Shown here one piece after another: positions 6,105 through 16,500 of a DNA stretch of 64,000 nt. The DNA is from an uncultured Candidatus Saccharibacteria bacterium. GTDB taxonomy: Bacteria > Patescibacteriota > Minisyncoccia > Phycocordibacterales > CSBR16-119. The notes beneath the pieces were generated by a model. It made no database searches and was not told the DNA's origin. It was given only the letters and a program-made list of their open reading frames with translations. The translations under genes were made by a program, and so were the position numbers. Each line of letters begins with the position of its first letter. Positions within the stretch are counted from its first letter, which is position 1. The stretch is taken from the NCBI GenBank assembly GCA_964426385.1, contig CAYRQF010000004.1, positions 12,573 through 76,572 on the forward strand. The letters are read 5' to 3'.

Positions 6105-8219
6105 ATGAAAGAAAAGAAATTTAGTTTAGAGCTTGGGGGACAGAATATTGTCGCCACTTTTTCGGATTTTGCCGATCAGTCGAACGCTGTGTTCATGTCC
6201 TGCAACGACACGATCGTTCTAGTTACAGCAGTCATGTCCAAAGAAAAGAGCGATATGCCGTACTTCAACCTCACAGTCGACTATCTCGAGAAGTTCTATG
6301 CTTCGGGCAAGATTGGCGGAGGCAGGTTCATGAAGCGTGAAGGCAAGCCGACAGACGAGGCTATACTTGCTGGGCGTGTTATCGACCGCACCATCCGTCC
6401 ACTCTTCGATCAGACTATGGAATACGGCGTTCAGATCATTGCTACAGTCCTGTCTATGGATGACTCGATTGATCCAGGCATACTCGCCGTGAATGGTGCG
6501 TCTCTCATACTCTCAGTTTCCGAGATCCCATGGGCTGGCCCTGTCGGTGCAGTTAGACTCGGAGAGTTTGAGGGTAAAGTGCTCCTGAACTCATCTCAGA
6601 AAACTCGCCAAGCTGGTTTTGATTACGACCTCATCGTCTGTGGTAAGGATGGGCGGGTGAACATGGTTGAAGCTATCGCTTACCAGATCCCCGAGGACGT
6701 CATCGCTGCCGGACTAGCCAAGGCATCGACTGAGATAACGAAGCTTGAGAACTGGCAGAAGGAGATAGGCAAAGAGCTCGGCAAGACCAAGCGTGTCATC
6801 GAGAAAGAAAATGTTTCAGCTGAAGTTCTGGCAATATTTAATGACAAGATTGCCGGAGTGCTCAAAGACTACGTTATGACCGGCACTCCAGGTAAAGAAA
6901 AGATGGAGGAGATCAAGTCTGTTTGGAAAAAAGCTCTGAAGGACGCAATGCCTGATGCCAAATCTCTGAAGAAAGAGATGGAATACTTCGAAGAAGAGAT
7001 CAACAAGATTATTCACGATGAGGCTGTGCAGAATGACAAGCGTGCGGATGGTCGCAGGATGGATGAGGTGCGAGAACTCTTCGCCAAGGCTGGTGGATTC
7101 TCGTCACGTCTCCACGGAACAGGTATTTTCTATCGCGGAGGTACACACATCCTGACAGCGCTTACGCTCGGTGGTCCAGAAGACATGCAGCTCGTTGATG
7201 GCATGGAGGTAGAAGAGGACAAGCGCTTCATGCATCACTATAACTTCCCACCGTACTCCGTCGGAGAAACTGGTCGGGCTGGATTCGTGAACCGCCGCGA
7301 GGTCGGCCACGGTGCACTCGCTGAGAAGGCTCTCGAAGTCGTGCTCCCGAACAAAGAAGATTTCCCCTATACTATCCGTCTCGTGTCAGAAGCTCTAGCC
7401 TCGAATGGTTCGACATCTCAGGCGTCCATCTGCGCCTCTACTCTCGCTCTCATGGACGGCGGTGTGCCGATCAAGGCGCCAGTCGCCGGCATCGCTATGG
7501 GACTCATGTACAAGGATGAACAGAACTACAAAGTCCTGACTGACATCCAGGGCCCTGAGGATCACCACGGTGACATGGACTTCAAGGCGGCCGGTACTGA
7601 GAAGGGTGTCACAGCCATCCAGCTCGATGTGAAGGTGGAGGGTGTCAGTCTAAAAATTCTCGGTGAAGCACTCGAGCAGTCTAAAAAGGCTCGTATGCAG
7701 ATACTCGAGGTTATCAAGGCGGCTATTCCAGAACCACGCAAAGAGATTAGTCCATTCGCACCGAAGATTGTCGTGACGAAAATCGCTCCATCAAAGATCG
7801 GCCTCGTTATCGGTGGAGGTGGCAAGACAATCAACGAGATTCGCGAGAAGACTGGTACCGAGATCACTATCGAGGACGACGGAACAGTCTACATCACCGG
7901 ACTTGCTGATGGACCAGAGCGTGCCAAGAAGATAATCGAAGACATGGTCTTCGAGTGGCCGATAGGTTCTGTTACTAGTGGGGAAGTTGTCGGTATCAAG
8001 GAATTCGGTGCGTTCGTCAAAATGATGAATGGGCAGGAAGGTATGGCACACATCTCTGAACTTGCAGACTTCCGTGTAGAGAAAGTAGAGGATTACCTCA
8101 AGCTAGGCCAGATAATCCCAGTCAAAGTTGTAAAGATAGAGAACGGCAAGATTGGGCTCTCAATCAAGCAAGCACAGAAAGACTTCCTGACAAAAAAGAG
8201 CTCCGAAAAACCTGTTTAG
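6105..8219 (+). CDS. pnp: polyribonucleotide nucleotidyltransferase (PNPase)
   Basis: Two RNase PH domains (HHYNFPPYSVGE, RREVGHG, SNGSTS, GDMDFK), plus KH and S1 domains. Confidence 0.98.
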   Translation: MKEKKFSLELGGQNIVATFSDFADQSNAVFMSCNDTIVLVTAVMSKEKSDMPYFNLTVDYLEKFYASGKIGGGRFMKREGKPTDEAILAGRVIDRTIRPLFDQTMEYGVQIIATVLSMDDSIDPGILAVNGASLILSVSEIPWAGPVGAVRLGEFEGKVLLNSSQKTRQAGFDYDLIVCGKDGRVNMVEAIAYQIPEDVIAAGLAKASTEITKLENWQKEIGKELGKTKRVIEKENVSAEVLAIFNDKIAGVLKDYVMTGTPGKEKMEEIKSVWKKALKDAMPDAKSLKKEMEYFEEEINKIIHDEAVQNDKRADGRRMDEVRELFAKAGGFSSRLHGTGIFYRGGTHILTALTLGGPEDMQLVDGMEVEEDKRFMHHYNFPPYSVGETGRAGFVNRREVGHGALAEKALEVVLPNKEDFPYTIRLVSEALASNGSTSQASICASTLALMDGGVPIKAPVAGIAMGLMYKDEQNYKVLTDIQGPEDHHGDMDFKAAGTEKGVTAIQLDVKVEGVSLKILGEALEQSKKARMQILEVIKAAIPEPRKEISPFAPKIVVTKIAPSKIGLVIGGGGKTINEIREKTGTEITIEDDGTVYITGLADGPERAKKIIEDMVFEWPIGSVTSGEVVGIKEFGAFVKMMNGQEGMAHISELADFRVEKVEDYLKLGQIIPVKVVKIENGKIGLSIKQAQKDFLTKKSSEKPV

Positions 8220-8331
8220 AAATGCGCGCGTTCTCGCTTGTAAACGGCGAGCCGCTCAGTCTAGAAAAAATCCGCCCTTCAAAAGGCGGATTTTTTCTGC
8301 TAAGTCATTTCTAAACAGGTTTTTACTTCGT
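8201..8331 (+). repeat. divergent single-module copy of the long palindromic repeat, overlapping the pnp stop codon
   Basis: ctccg + 19-bp IR aaaaacctgtttagaaatg/catttctaaacaggttttt + cttcg; inner ccgcc/ggcggattttttctgc hairpin shared with copy 1. Confidence 0.7.
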
Positions 8332-8351
8332 AGAGAGTCGCCACTTTCCCC

Positions 8352-8379
8352 CTAGAAGCTAGTCACTAGTCACTAGAAC
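8352..8379. repeat. 7-nt tandem array (CTAGnnn) just before an extended -10 box
   Basis: ctagaag ctagtca ctagtca ctagaac, then TGATATAAT at 8382. Confidence 0.7.
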
Positions 8380-8397
8380 CCTGATATAATTATCACC

Positions 8398-9336
8398 ATG
8401 GCTGACGAACCAACTGATATAAGTAAGGCTTTGGAAAAAGCTGATGAGAGCATTACAACCAAGAATGCTTTGGCGACTAAGCACGCCAAGCAGACAGGTG
8501 AGGTTCGTACGTACGCGACCGATATCGGCGAGATGATGAAGAAGGAAAAAGGCTCCGTTATCAAGATAGCTCTGGCTGAGCAGAAACGTCGCGACGAGTA
8601 CAAGAAAAAGACTGACCCGACCGCAACTCGTAATATTGTCGTTGTTATGCTCGGATTCATCCTCATCGTCGGTGGCATAATGATATTCATTTACACTGTG
8701 ATGAATAGGGCGAGACCTGTAGAGGTGACGAGCTTCGTAACCACACTTCCAAGCTTCATATTTACCGAGAACCAGGTTCAGATCGATGTGACAGAACTCA
8801 ACCGCACAGAGCTCATCGCTGCTATCCGGGCACAGGTGAACAACACCACCCTCGGCGCCGAGACCATTAACAATTTGTTTGTTTCATATCGTGGGGTGAA
8901 CGGACAGGCTCAGATCCCATCGACCTTATTCCTACAGAAACTCGGCGTGGAGATCCCTGATACGTTGGCGCTGAATCTGTATCCAGAATTTTCCCTGGGC
9001 GTATATAGTCTGCCTAGAGGCAATGACCTGTTTATGATATTGCGGGTCAAGGATTTTAATGAGGCGTTCAGTGCAATGCGTGAATGGGAGTCATACATGC
9101 TGACAGAGATGGTCAGGCTATACAGTATCGATACGAAAGATTATGGCAAGGAGATATTTACCAAGGATTTCGAGAACGAGACTATATATAACAAGGAGGC
9201 TAGGATACTCAAGGACGAAGACGGCAAAGCCATACTTTCATACATATTCCTCGATACTCGTACCGTTATGATAACCACTCAGACTGACTCAGTGGGAGAG
9301 GTGATAAAAAGGTTGAATCTACAGACTATTAAGTAG
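8398..9336 (+). CDS. hypothetical single-pass membrane protein
   Basis: 312-aa ORF with one hydrophobic helix (IVVVMLGFILIVGGIMIFIY). Confidence 0.85.
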   Translation: MADEPTDISKALEKADESITTKNALATKHAKQTGEVRTYATDIGEMMKKEKGSVIKIALAEQKRRDEYKKKTDPTATRNIVVVMLGFILIVGGIMIFIYTVMNRARPVEVTSFVTTLPSFIFTENQVQIDVTELNRTELIAAIRAQVNNTTLGAETINNLFVSYRGVNGQAQIPSTLFLQKLGVEIPDTLALNLYPEFSLGVYSLPRGNDLFMILRVKDFNEAFSAMREWESYMLTEMVRLYSIDTKDYGKEIFTKDFENETIYNKEARILKDEDGKAILSYIFLDTRTVMITTQTDSVGEVIKRLNLQTIK

Positions 9337-9368
9337 CTGATAGCTTTTAGCGTATAGCTTATAGAAAT
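9334..9368 (+). repeat. left 7-nt array of the four-helix-bundle cassette
   Basis: tagctga tagcttt tagcgta tagctta tagaaat. Confidence 0.85.
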
Positions 9369-9729
9369 GAACGAGACTATTAAATCTCACAAAGAATTGA
9401 TCGTTTGGTAAAAAGCCTTTGAGCTGACTAAAATGATCTATAGGTTGAGTGAGAAATTACCATCAAAGGAAAACTTTAGTCTACAGAATCAAATTAGAAG
9501 AGCTGCCGTGTCCATACCGTCAAACATTGCCGAAGGTCGAAATAGAAAAACTGCGAAGGATTTCCTGCAATTCCTTCGTTTCGCCTTTGGTTCCGTCGCT
9601 GAAGTAGACACTCAGTTGCTTCTGATGAAAGATCTGTATGGAATTAGTTCAAAAGAATGTGATGAATTACTAATAGAGGTAAGCAAGATGCTCAGGTCAA
9701 TGATCGTTAAGCTAGAAGCAAAAAGCTAG
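9367..9729 (+). pseudogene. four helix bundle protein (23S rRNA IVS/Avd-like family) with a premature TAA at codon 15
   Basis: MNETIKSHKELIVW*KAFEL...QIRRAAVSIPSNIAEG...FAFGSVAEVDTQL; the conserved L.VWQKA has TAA (9409-9411) in place of Gln. Confidence 0.85.
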
Positions 9730-9745
9730 ACGCTATAAGCTACTG
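9708..9745 (-). repeat. right (inverted) 7-nt array of the four-helix-bundle cassette
   Basis: taagcta gaagcaa aaagcta gacgcta taagcta, overlapping the last codons; TGTTAAAAT follows. Confidence 0.8.
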
Positions 9746-9761
9746 TGTTAAAATAGTCACT

Positions 9762-10115
9762 ATGGACATACAAACATTAAGAAGCAAGCTATTAGAAGAA
9801 CGCGCTCAGCTCGAGAAAGAACTCGGCGATCTCGGTGTTCGGGATCCAGAGACGGGTGATTGGGGGGTTGTAGGTGAGCCTGACGGCGAAGAAGCTGACA
9901 AGAACGATATGGGAGACCGTGACGAAGAGTTCGCAACGAAAGCCAATACTCTCGGTCAGTTAGAGCTCCGATATAAAGACGTTAATGACGCATTGGTCAA
10001 TATCGAAAAGAATGATGGTTCATACGGCAAATGTACAATCTCTGGCGAGATGATCGAAGAAGATCGCCTGATGGCGAATCCTGCTGCCAAGACCTGTAAG
10101 GCGCACATGGATTAG
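9762..10115 (+). CDS. TraR/DksA-family protein
   Basis: Coiled coil followed by GSYGKC...IEEDRLMANPAAKTC. Confidence 0.85.
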   Translation: MDIQTLRSKLLEERAQLEKELGDLGVRDPETGDWGVVGEPDGEEADKNDMGDRDEEFATKANTLGQLELRYKDVNDALVNIEKNDGSYGKCTISGEMIEEDRLMANPAAKTCKAHMD

Positions 10116-10180
10116 TGAGTCTGTAGGTAATAGTTGTAGAAAGAAAAATCCCGGAAGGGGCTTTTCTTTTTCACAACTTT

Positions 10181-10208
10181 TCTTAAATCTTAATTCCTAA
10201 ATCTTAGA
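10181..10208 (-). repeat. inverted 7-nt array (TARGATT type) before an extended -10 box
   Basis: tcttaaa tcttaat tcctaaa tcttaga, then TGTTAAAAT at 10214. Confidence 0.7.
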
Positions 10209-10228
10209 TCTCTTGTTAAAATTTATTT

Positions 10229-11728
10229 ATGTCGTTTTCTCGTGTTTACTCGGCACAAATAAATATTTTAGATGGTCAGCTTATCACCGTCGAGACGGAT
10301 ATTTCTCGCGGACTTCATAATTTTGCCATCGTCGGACTCGCGGATAAAGCCGTGGAGGAAGCACGTGATCGTGTCGGGTCTGCAATCAAAAACTCAGGCC
10401 TGAAATCTCCGAAACAATCGAATCAGAAAATCGTCGTTTCGCTCTCACCGGCGAATGTGAAAAAAGAAGGTTCGTATTTTGATCTCGCTATCGCTCTCGG
10501 GTACATGCTCTCGAATGATGAGATCAAATTCGACCCTGAGGGTCGGATATTTCTCGGAGAGCTCGCACTAAATGGGGAACTGAAGCCGGTCAAAGGAGTG
10601 CTATCACTCGTAAAGTCCGCCAAGGCTTTAGGCTTTCGGGAAGTTTATGTCCCAACACAGAATGCCAAAGAAGCAGCGCTGATCGAGGGTATACAGATAT
10701 TTCCTGTTAAAAATCTGAAAGAGGTCGTGGAACACTTGAGTGCCGACAAGCCGTTCTGCATAGACTGTCAGCCTGTAACACCTATCGTATACGGAGAGCG
10801 CAAATTTGCTATAGATTTTGCCGACGTCCGAGGTCAGGAGCTCGCCAAGCGCGGGCTCGAGATCGCGGCAGCTGGTGGGCACAACATCGCTATGTATGGC
10901 CCGCCAGGCACAGGGAAAACTATGCTCGCTAGGGCATTCTCATCCATACTTCCCGGATTATCCAAAGAAGATATCCTAGAAGTCACTGCGATACATAGTA
11001 TCGTCGGCATACTCGAAGACTCACTAGTGACAGAGACGCCTTTTCGCTCACCGCACTCGACCAGTAGTTACGTGTCAGTTATCGGTGGCGGAACATTCCC
11101 GAAGCCTGGAGAAGTAACGCTCGCACACAAAGGCGTTTTATTTCTAGACGAATTCCCGGAGTTCGATCGTCGTGTGCTCGAGTCCCTGCGTCAGCCACTC
11201 GAGGACCGTGTAGTGAACATCGCCCGCGCTAGAGGCTCTGCTACGTATCCAACCAATTTCATCCTCATTGCCGCTATGAATCCACCACCAGCGAATGCCA
11301 GTGCTGCCGAGATCGTACGATATCGGAAAAAGATTTCAGGGCCGATTATGGACCGTATCGATATGTGGGTGAACGTCGTGAATATCGATTATGACAAGCT
11401 CGGGAGCAAAGAGCGCGAGGGTGAGCTGAGTGAAAATATTAAAAAGAGAGTGGTGACTGCTCGTGATAAACAGAAGGCGAGACTAGGGCAGTCTCGTGCA
11501 CGGACGAATGCTGAGATGGGAGTCAAAGATATCGACAAGCTCATCACGCTCGGGAAAGATGTAAAGGATATCCTGAATACCACAGCCAAGAAACTGAATC
11601 TATCAGCGAGAGCGTATCATAGAGTTATCAAGCTCGCTCGGACGATAGCGGATCTAGATGCTAAGGAGGAGATACAGATGAAGCATGTACTAGAGGCGCT
11701 TCAATACCGACCGAGAGAGATGGCGTAG
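10229..11728 (+). CDS. comM: ComM/YifB Mg-chelatase-like AAA+ ATPase
   Basis: IVGLADKAVEEARDRV, GPPGTGKT, FRSPH, GEVTLAHKGVLFLDEFPEF, LSARAYHR. Confidence 0.95.
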   Translation: MSFSRVYSAQINILDGQLITVETDISRGLHNFAIVGLADKAVEEARDRVGSAIKNSGLKSPKQSNQKIVVSLSPANVKKEGSYFDLAIALGYMLSNDEIKFDPEGRIFLGELALNGELKPVKGVLSLVKSAKALGFREVYVPTQNAKEAALIEGIQIFPVKNLKEVVEHLSADKPFCIDCQPVTPIVYGERKFAIDFADVRGQELAKRGLEIAAAGGHNIAMYGPPGTGKTMLARAFSSILPGLSKEDILEVTAIHSIVGILEDSLVTETPFRSPHSTSSYVSVIGGGTFPKPGEVTLAHKGVLFLDEFPEFDRRVLESLRQPLEDRVVNIARARGSATYPTNFILIAAMNPPPANASAAEIVRYRKKISGPIMDRIDMWVNVVNIDYDKLGSKEREGELSENIKKRVVTARDKQKARLGQSRARTNAEMGVKDIDKLITLGKDVKDILNTTAKKLNLSARAYHRVIKLARTIADLDAKEEIQMKHVLEALQYRPREMA

Positions 11729-11735
11729 AAGGGCG

Positions 11736-12043
11736 CTCCGCAAAACATAAGCTTTCTCAAACCCTCGAAGACGCAAGCGCCGGCTTTTGCCTAAAACGGC
11801 AAAACCGGTTACGTTCTCGGATTTTCGAAAGCTTATATTTTGCTCCGCTACGAGGGAGACGGGATGACCCTTGTAAAAACATCGTCAAGAAACCAGGATG
11901 TTTTGCTTTAGAAGGCCGTATTGTCTGAACAAAGCCAAAGCTTTGTGAGTTTACGGCTCTTCTTAGCCAAAAACATTCTGGTTTTAGGTGTTTTTACACT
12001 GGGTCTTGGGCTTTTGTTACTTTTGCCCCAAGGCAAAAGTAAG
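11736..12043 (+). repeat. long palindromic repeat, full three-hairpin copy 2
   Basis: Collinear with 2583-2900, with compensatory substitutions in the stems. Confidence 0.85.
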
Positions 12044-12120
12044 AGAGGTGGCCATAAAATATCCAAACCTTTATATTATTTTTTGCAGATGGCTTAAACT
12101 TATACTTATGACGCTAATCA

Positions 12121-12152
12121 TAGTAAAAATCCCCGAACGGGGATTTTTACTA
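12121..12152. terminator. bidirectional intrinsic terminator
   Basis: tagtaaaaatcccc-gaac-ggggatttttacta between convergent genes. Confidence 0.8.
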
Positions 12153-13178
12153 GTACATCGCATCGGCTATAGCTCGACCGTTTATGCCAGATTTGCCTGG
12201 ACGAATCTCGAAGTGTAGATGAGGGCCTGTTGAGCGGCCGGTGTTTCCGACGGCGCCTATTACCTGACCTTTGGTGACCTTCTGTCCTTGTTTGACGTCT
12301 ATTCGTGACTGGTGAGCATACAGAGTCTGTGTACCGTTAGCGTGTCCGATGATAGTGAGATTACCGTATCCTCCGTTCCAGGCATTGCCACCTTTGACCA
12401 CCATGACGATACCGTCTGCCATGGCCTTGATCGGAGTACCAGTTTTCGCGGCGATATCTACGCCGTGGTGAGAGGCAGTGTGTTGACGGCTCTCGACGCC
12501 GACAACCGGTCTCGCATAGTAGCCTTTGCTCGAAACAGTCGTTTTAGAAGTTGTCTTCGTCGCTAATTTTACTGGCTCAGTGTCCTCTATCTCGCCTCTC
12601 GGGATGATGAGTGTGCTACCTGCCACCAACTGAGCACCTTCTTCTAGACCGTTGAATATGAGGATCTCGCCAACGTCTCCGCCGAAGTCTTTGGCAACTT
12701 TTTCTATAGTCACGCCAGGTCTGACAGTATATTTGACCCCGTTGATAGGGAGGATGATGATGGTGTCACCTTTTTTCACTGTACCTTTGAGAGGGATATT
12801 GTTTGCCCAGCGGATAGTGTTTGGGGAGATGTCGTACATCTCAGCGATAGCGGCTATCGTATCTCCATCCTTAACCGTATATACGGCGATGTCTTTTGAC
12901 GCGGACATGTTGGCGACTTCTGCCTCTGTGTCCGTGACTGGACTGAAGTTCGCTACGAGAGCAAAGTCTTCCGTCCTGATTTCGTCAGACCCACCTGTAG
13001 CACCGGTAGCGGCTGGCCGTATCCTCGAGCTTAGGAGTGTCACCGTCTGGGAGTTGTATGAGTTAGTCCGTGGTGAGTAGAGCGCTTCTTGTTCTGAAAG
13101 GGCGATGCCAGCACCGAGGAGAGGGCTCACCATGAATGTGGTCACCGCTACGACTGGACCAAAAGAAACATACGCCAA
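12150..13178 (-). CDS. LysM + M23 family peptidoglycan endopeptidase
   Basis: Two LysM repeats (YTVKDGDT, YTVRPG), HHGVD, YAHQ and STGPHLHFE motifs; true start uncertain. Confidence 0.93.
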   Translation of the reverse strand: MAYVSFGPVVAVTTFMVSPLLGAGIALSEQEALYSPRTNSYNSQTVTLLSSRIRPAATGATGGSDEIRTEDFALVANFSPVTDTEAEVANMSASKDIAVYTVKDGDTIAAIAEMYDISPNTIRWANNIPLKGTVKKGDTIIILPINGVKYTVRPGVTIEKVAKDFGGDVGEILIFNGLEEGAQLVAGSTLIIPRGEIEDTEPVKLATKTTSKTTVSSKGYYARPVVGVESRQHTASHHGVDIAAKTGTPIKAMADGIVMVVKGGNAWNGGYGNLTIIGHANGTQTLYAHQSRIDVKQGQKVTKGQVIGAVGNTGRSTGPHLHFEIRPGKSGINGRAIADAMY

Positions 13179-13517
13179 TCTTTCGAAAAGCGATGTTTTA
13201 AGGACTTTTTTAACTCCGCCCGAGGTCTGCTTAGCGGGTGTGGAGTATTGTGAGTTGTTTTTTATAAGCCTATTTTAAAATCTTTGTCCTACGTAGTATG
13301 GGCGTAACTGGAAAGTGGCCGTCGGATTATAAAACAAAAATTTGGGACTACTCTCTCCCCCTGAGAGGGAATGAGAAGTTACCCATGAAGCTATCCTATC
13401 GGATGCCCGCTCTCGCGTCAACGCAAATGTGGATAACCATAAAACCTTGACTAGCAGTAAAGATTTGTGGTCCAGTAGTGTTATATTTAAAGGCTTTAAT
13501 GATATAATTGTTGGCGT

Positions 13518-16500
13518 ATGTCGTCTCGTGAAATACCACCAAATTCGGGGCCTAACCCTAGTGAGGGTTCTTCTGACTCCCCGGAGAAAAGCGAGTCGCG
13601 CCAACGAGAAGAAAACGAAAAGGCTACAATCGAATCCATTGTGGCAAAGAAAATGTCTGGCCAACCTCTTTCTGCTTCCGAAGAAGCTCAATACGGAACA
13701 AAGGATATTGCAAAAAAGGTAGACAAAGAAATCGTCCGGTTGTCAAAAGAAGCGATAAAGAGCACTAAACCTGATTTACCACCCGGTAGACAGAGAACAG
13801 GTAAACTAAAAGCAAATGGTGGTCTGGATTCCTTGGCGGCAGTTTCTCAGCGTATGAAAGACAAGCAGGAGCTTGAAAGAATACACGCAGAAGCACCAGA
13901 AGAGATAATAGAGGCCTTGCAAGATAGAGGGCTAAGTACGACTGGTACACCCGATCAATTAATAGAGCGCCTGCTTAACGCTGGGATAGATCTTGCAGAT
14001 TCTCCAGAAGAACATAAACCAGTTACTGTTCAGGTAGAGGCAAAGAAAGCCCCTGATATCAGAGCGCTAAATGCAGAGAGAAGGAAAAAAGAGGCGGAAT
14101 TGCGAAGTATCGGGCTATCAGTTAATCCTGTGGTGTCAGCAGAAGCAGCTGTCGAAGCTTCTACTTCCAGCGAAGCTGACAAGAATGAAAAAGTTGCTGA
14201 GATTGTCGGGAGTATCAAGGCCACTTTAGAAAAAGAATCAGTTCCTACTACCGAGCGACCTTCGGAGGTAAAGAAAGATTCTAAGCAGGAAAATATTATT
14301 CCTATAGAAGACCTCGCTCGGATGGAAAAGTTTGTTTTGCGCAGGAGAGCAGGTGCACCCATCGAAGAAGACGAAGTAAGACTATTTAATAAATACGAAA
14401 AGGAGATCAATACTCTCTTGTCTAAGCCAGAAGTAAAAAAGGAAGAATCAAAGAAGTCGGAACCTGAATCAAAGCCGCTAGTTCAAGAAAAAGTTACAGA
14501 CGAGCAGATCGGCGACGTTGCTCGAGCGATAGGTGTCGCTGGTGTTAAGGTTGAAAACCTTCCTGAGAATCAGAAGAGAATATATCAGGCCTATAAGGAT
14601 CGCATCGATGCCTTGGTTGTACGCATTAGTCCTCCGGATAAGGAGGCGGTAAAGAGTCTAGGAGGTGCTCAGAAGATAAACTTTTTCCGCGAGCAGACCA
14701 AAGCCGGAATTCTCCCGAAGAACGAGGAAAATGAAGACTTCTTGTATAAAAATTTTAATGAGATAGTAAATGATGATGAGACTAAGCTTGCTTACTTTGC
14801 AGCTGACTTCGTGGAAAATGGCGACAACCCTGAGCGTACCACTGAGAATCAAGTATTTATTAACCAGAATATTGACGCAATAAACGCCAAGATAAAAGAC
14901 TTCGGCGGAACGACGTTTTTCACTAAACAAGAAGCAGCTCCAGCACCCGTTGTTGCGCCAGAAGAAGCACCGAAGCCGCAGCAGCCAGAGAAGAAGAGTG
15001 TTTCGTTGGCAGAGCAGATCAAGGATTATGTATATAGATACACACACTGGGAGGACATGTCCTCACCAGAGGATAGGCAGTTTCATGCCGATAATGGTCC
15101 GGCGATCAACGAGGCGATTGCTGTATTTGCCAAGCAGGTAGAGGACCTAGCGAAGGATATGTTCATCAACGAGATGACTGAACAGCAGTTGTCTGCTGAA
15201 AAACTTAAATTTTATAAAGAGAATGAGCAGAATGTAGACATCGCGATCAGTAGGCTTGCCAAAGGCGAGAGGAATTTCGAGAAAAATGTCGCGGAGGTGC
15301 ATGCAAATGTAGTAGAAGATAAGAAAAGAATCGCGGGACTTATCAAGGATCCAGAAGTTCAAGAATTGATCACAAAGATGAATCTCGATATGCAGTACGT
15401 TTACAGCCTGTCGCCGGAGTTTTTCGACCTAGACTCGAACAAGCAAATCTATATCCTAGACAAGATCCGCCAGAAGATAAGCCTCGACGCTACATTTGAA
15501 GCAGAAGACCGAGTCAAGAAACAGCTCGGCCGAAAAGCGAAGTCACCACTCGATTGGTTTAATAAGAGAATTGAGCTACTCACCAAAGAATTCCAAGAGA
15601 CCAAGGCTCGTAGGGAGGTTATCGACGAGGCCAAGAATAGCGGCCTAGGAGATTATGCGGGAGATATAGAAGCGATGACTAAGCATGTCGCCAAATTAGA
15701 CATGAATATCAGCTACAGCGCTGAGGGTAAGCCGATACTTGAATATGTAAATCCAAAATCTTTCGAATGGGATCCGGAGTATATAAAAAGGTTCAAAAAA
15801 AGCGAGAGCCCTGTCGAGTATGTAAATAGATTCAATGAGGCTGCGACCGCAGTTTCGGAGATGCCCCACGAATGGAGCCAGCCAAATGCGAACATCATTG
15901 ACAAGATGAAGTACAAGAAAGCTTGGGCCAAGTATGAAGTACAGCGCGACATCCTGTTTGGTGCTGTCGTCGAACAGAAGAAAAAAGAAATTCCTGACAA
16001 CGAAGAAGAGGCCTCGAAGTCTGCGATGGAATGGATGACTATGATGAATAGCAAAGTCAGGATGAATCAGCTCCTGACAGAGTATCCTGAGATCGAGCAG
16101 TTCGAGAATAAAGGCCCTTCTTTTAATCCAGAGGATCTAAACTCCAAAGAATTCCAGTGGACAGGAAAGAAAGCATTGTTTGCCGCAGGATGGTTTACCA
16201 AGGATCTGGTTCGTGATAACTGGGCAGAAGTCTCTGCGGCTATTTTTGCCGGAGGACTCGGCGGGTTACTTGGCCTGCGCAAGAAATGGGTGGAATACGA
16301 TGATGCCGAAAAGAGAAAGAGATATGGCCAAGCTGTAGGGGGTAAGAATATAGAAAAGGGTATAAAAAAGTTTATAAATGCTGGCGAGACAGCGGATAGA
16401 CTTCAGTGGTTTTTAGACAAGATCGAGTCTCCAGAGCCTGGAGAAAATATAGAAAAGTTTGCCGAGCGACTCAAGAACCACCTAGCGATAATAGACGAGC

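Noticed and set aside
9409-9411. TAA recoded as Gln
   Set aside because: TAA is the commonest terminator in this window and no other conserved gene has an internal TAA
9334-9745. 7-nt arrays as CRISPR repeats, or the Avd-like gene as part of a diversity-generating retroelement
   Set aside because: No spacers or cas genes; no reverse transcriptase and no template/variable repeat pair seen in the window
11270-11345. ComM lacking the PCPCG cysteine cluster (AAMNPPPANAS)
   Set aside because: A real difference, but loss of these cysteines is known in other ComM/YifB proteins
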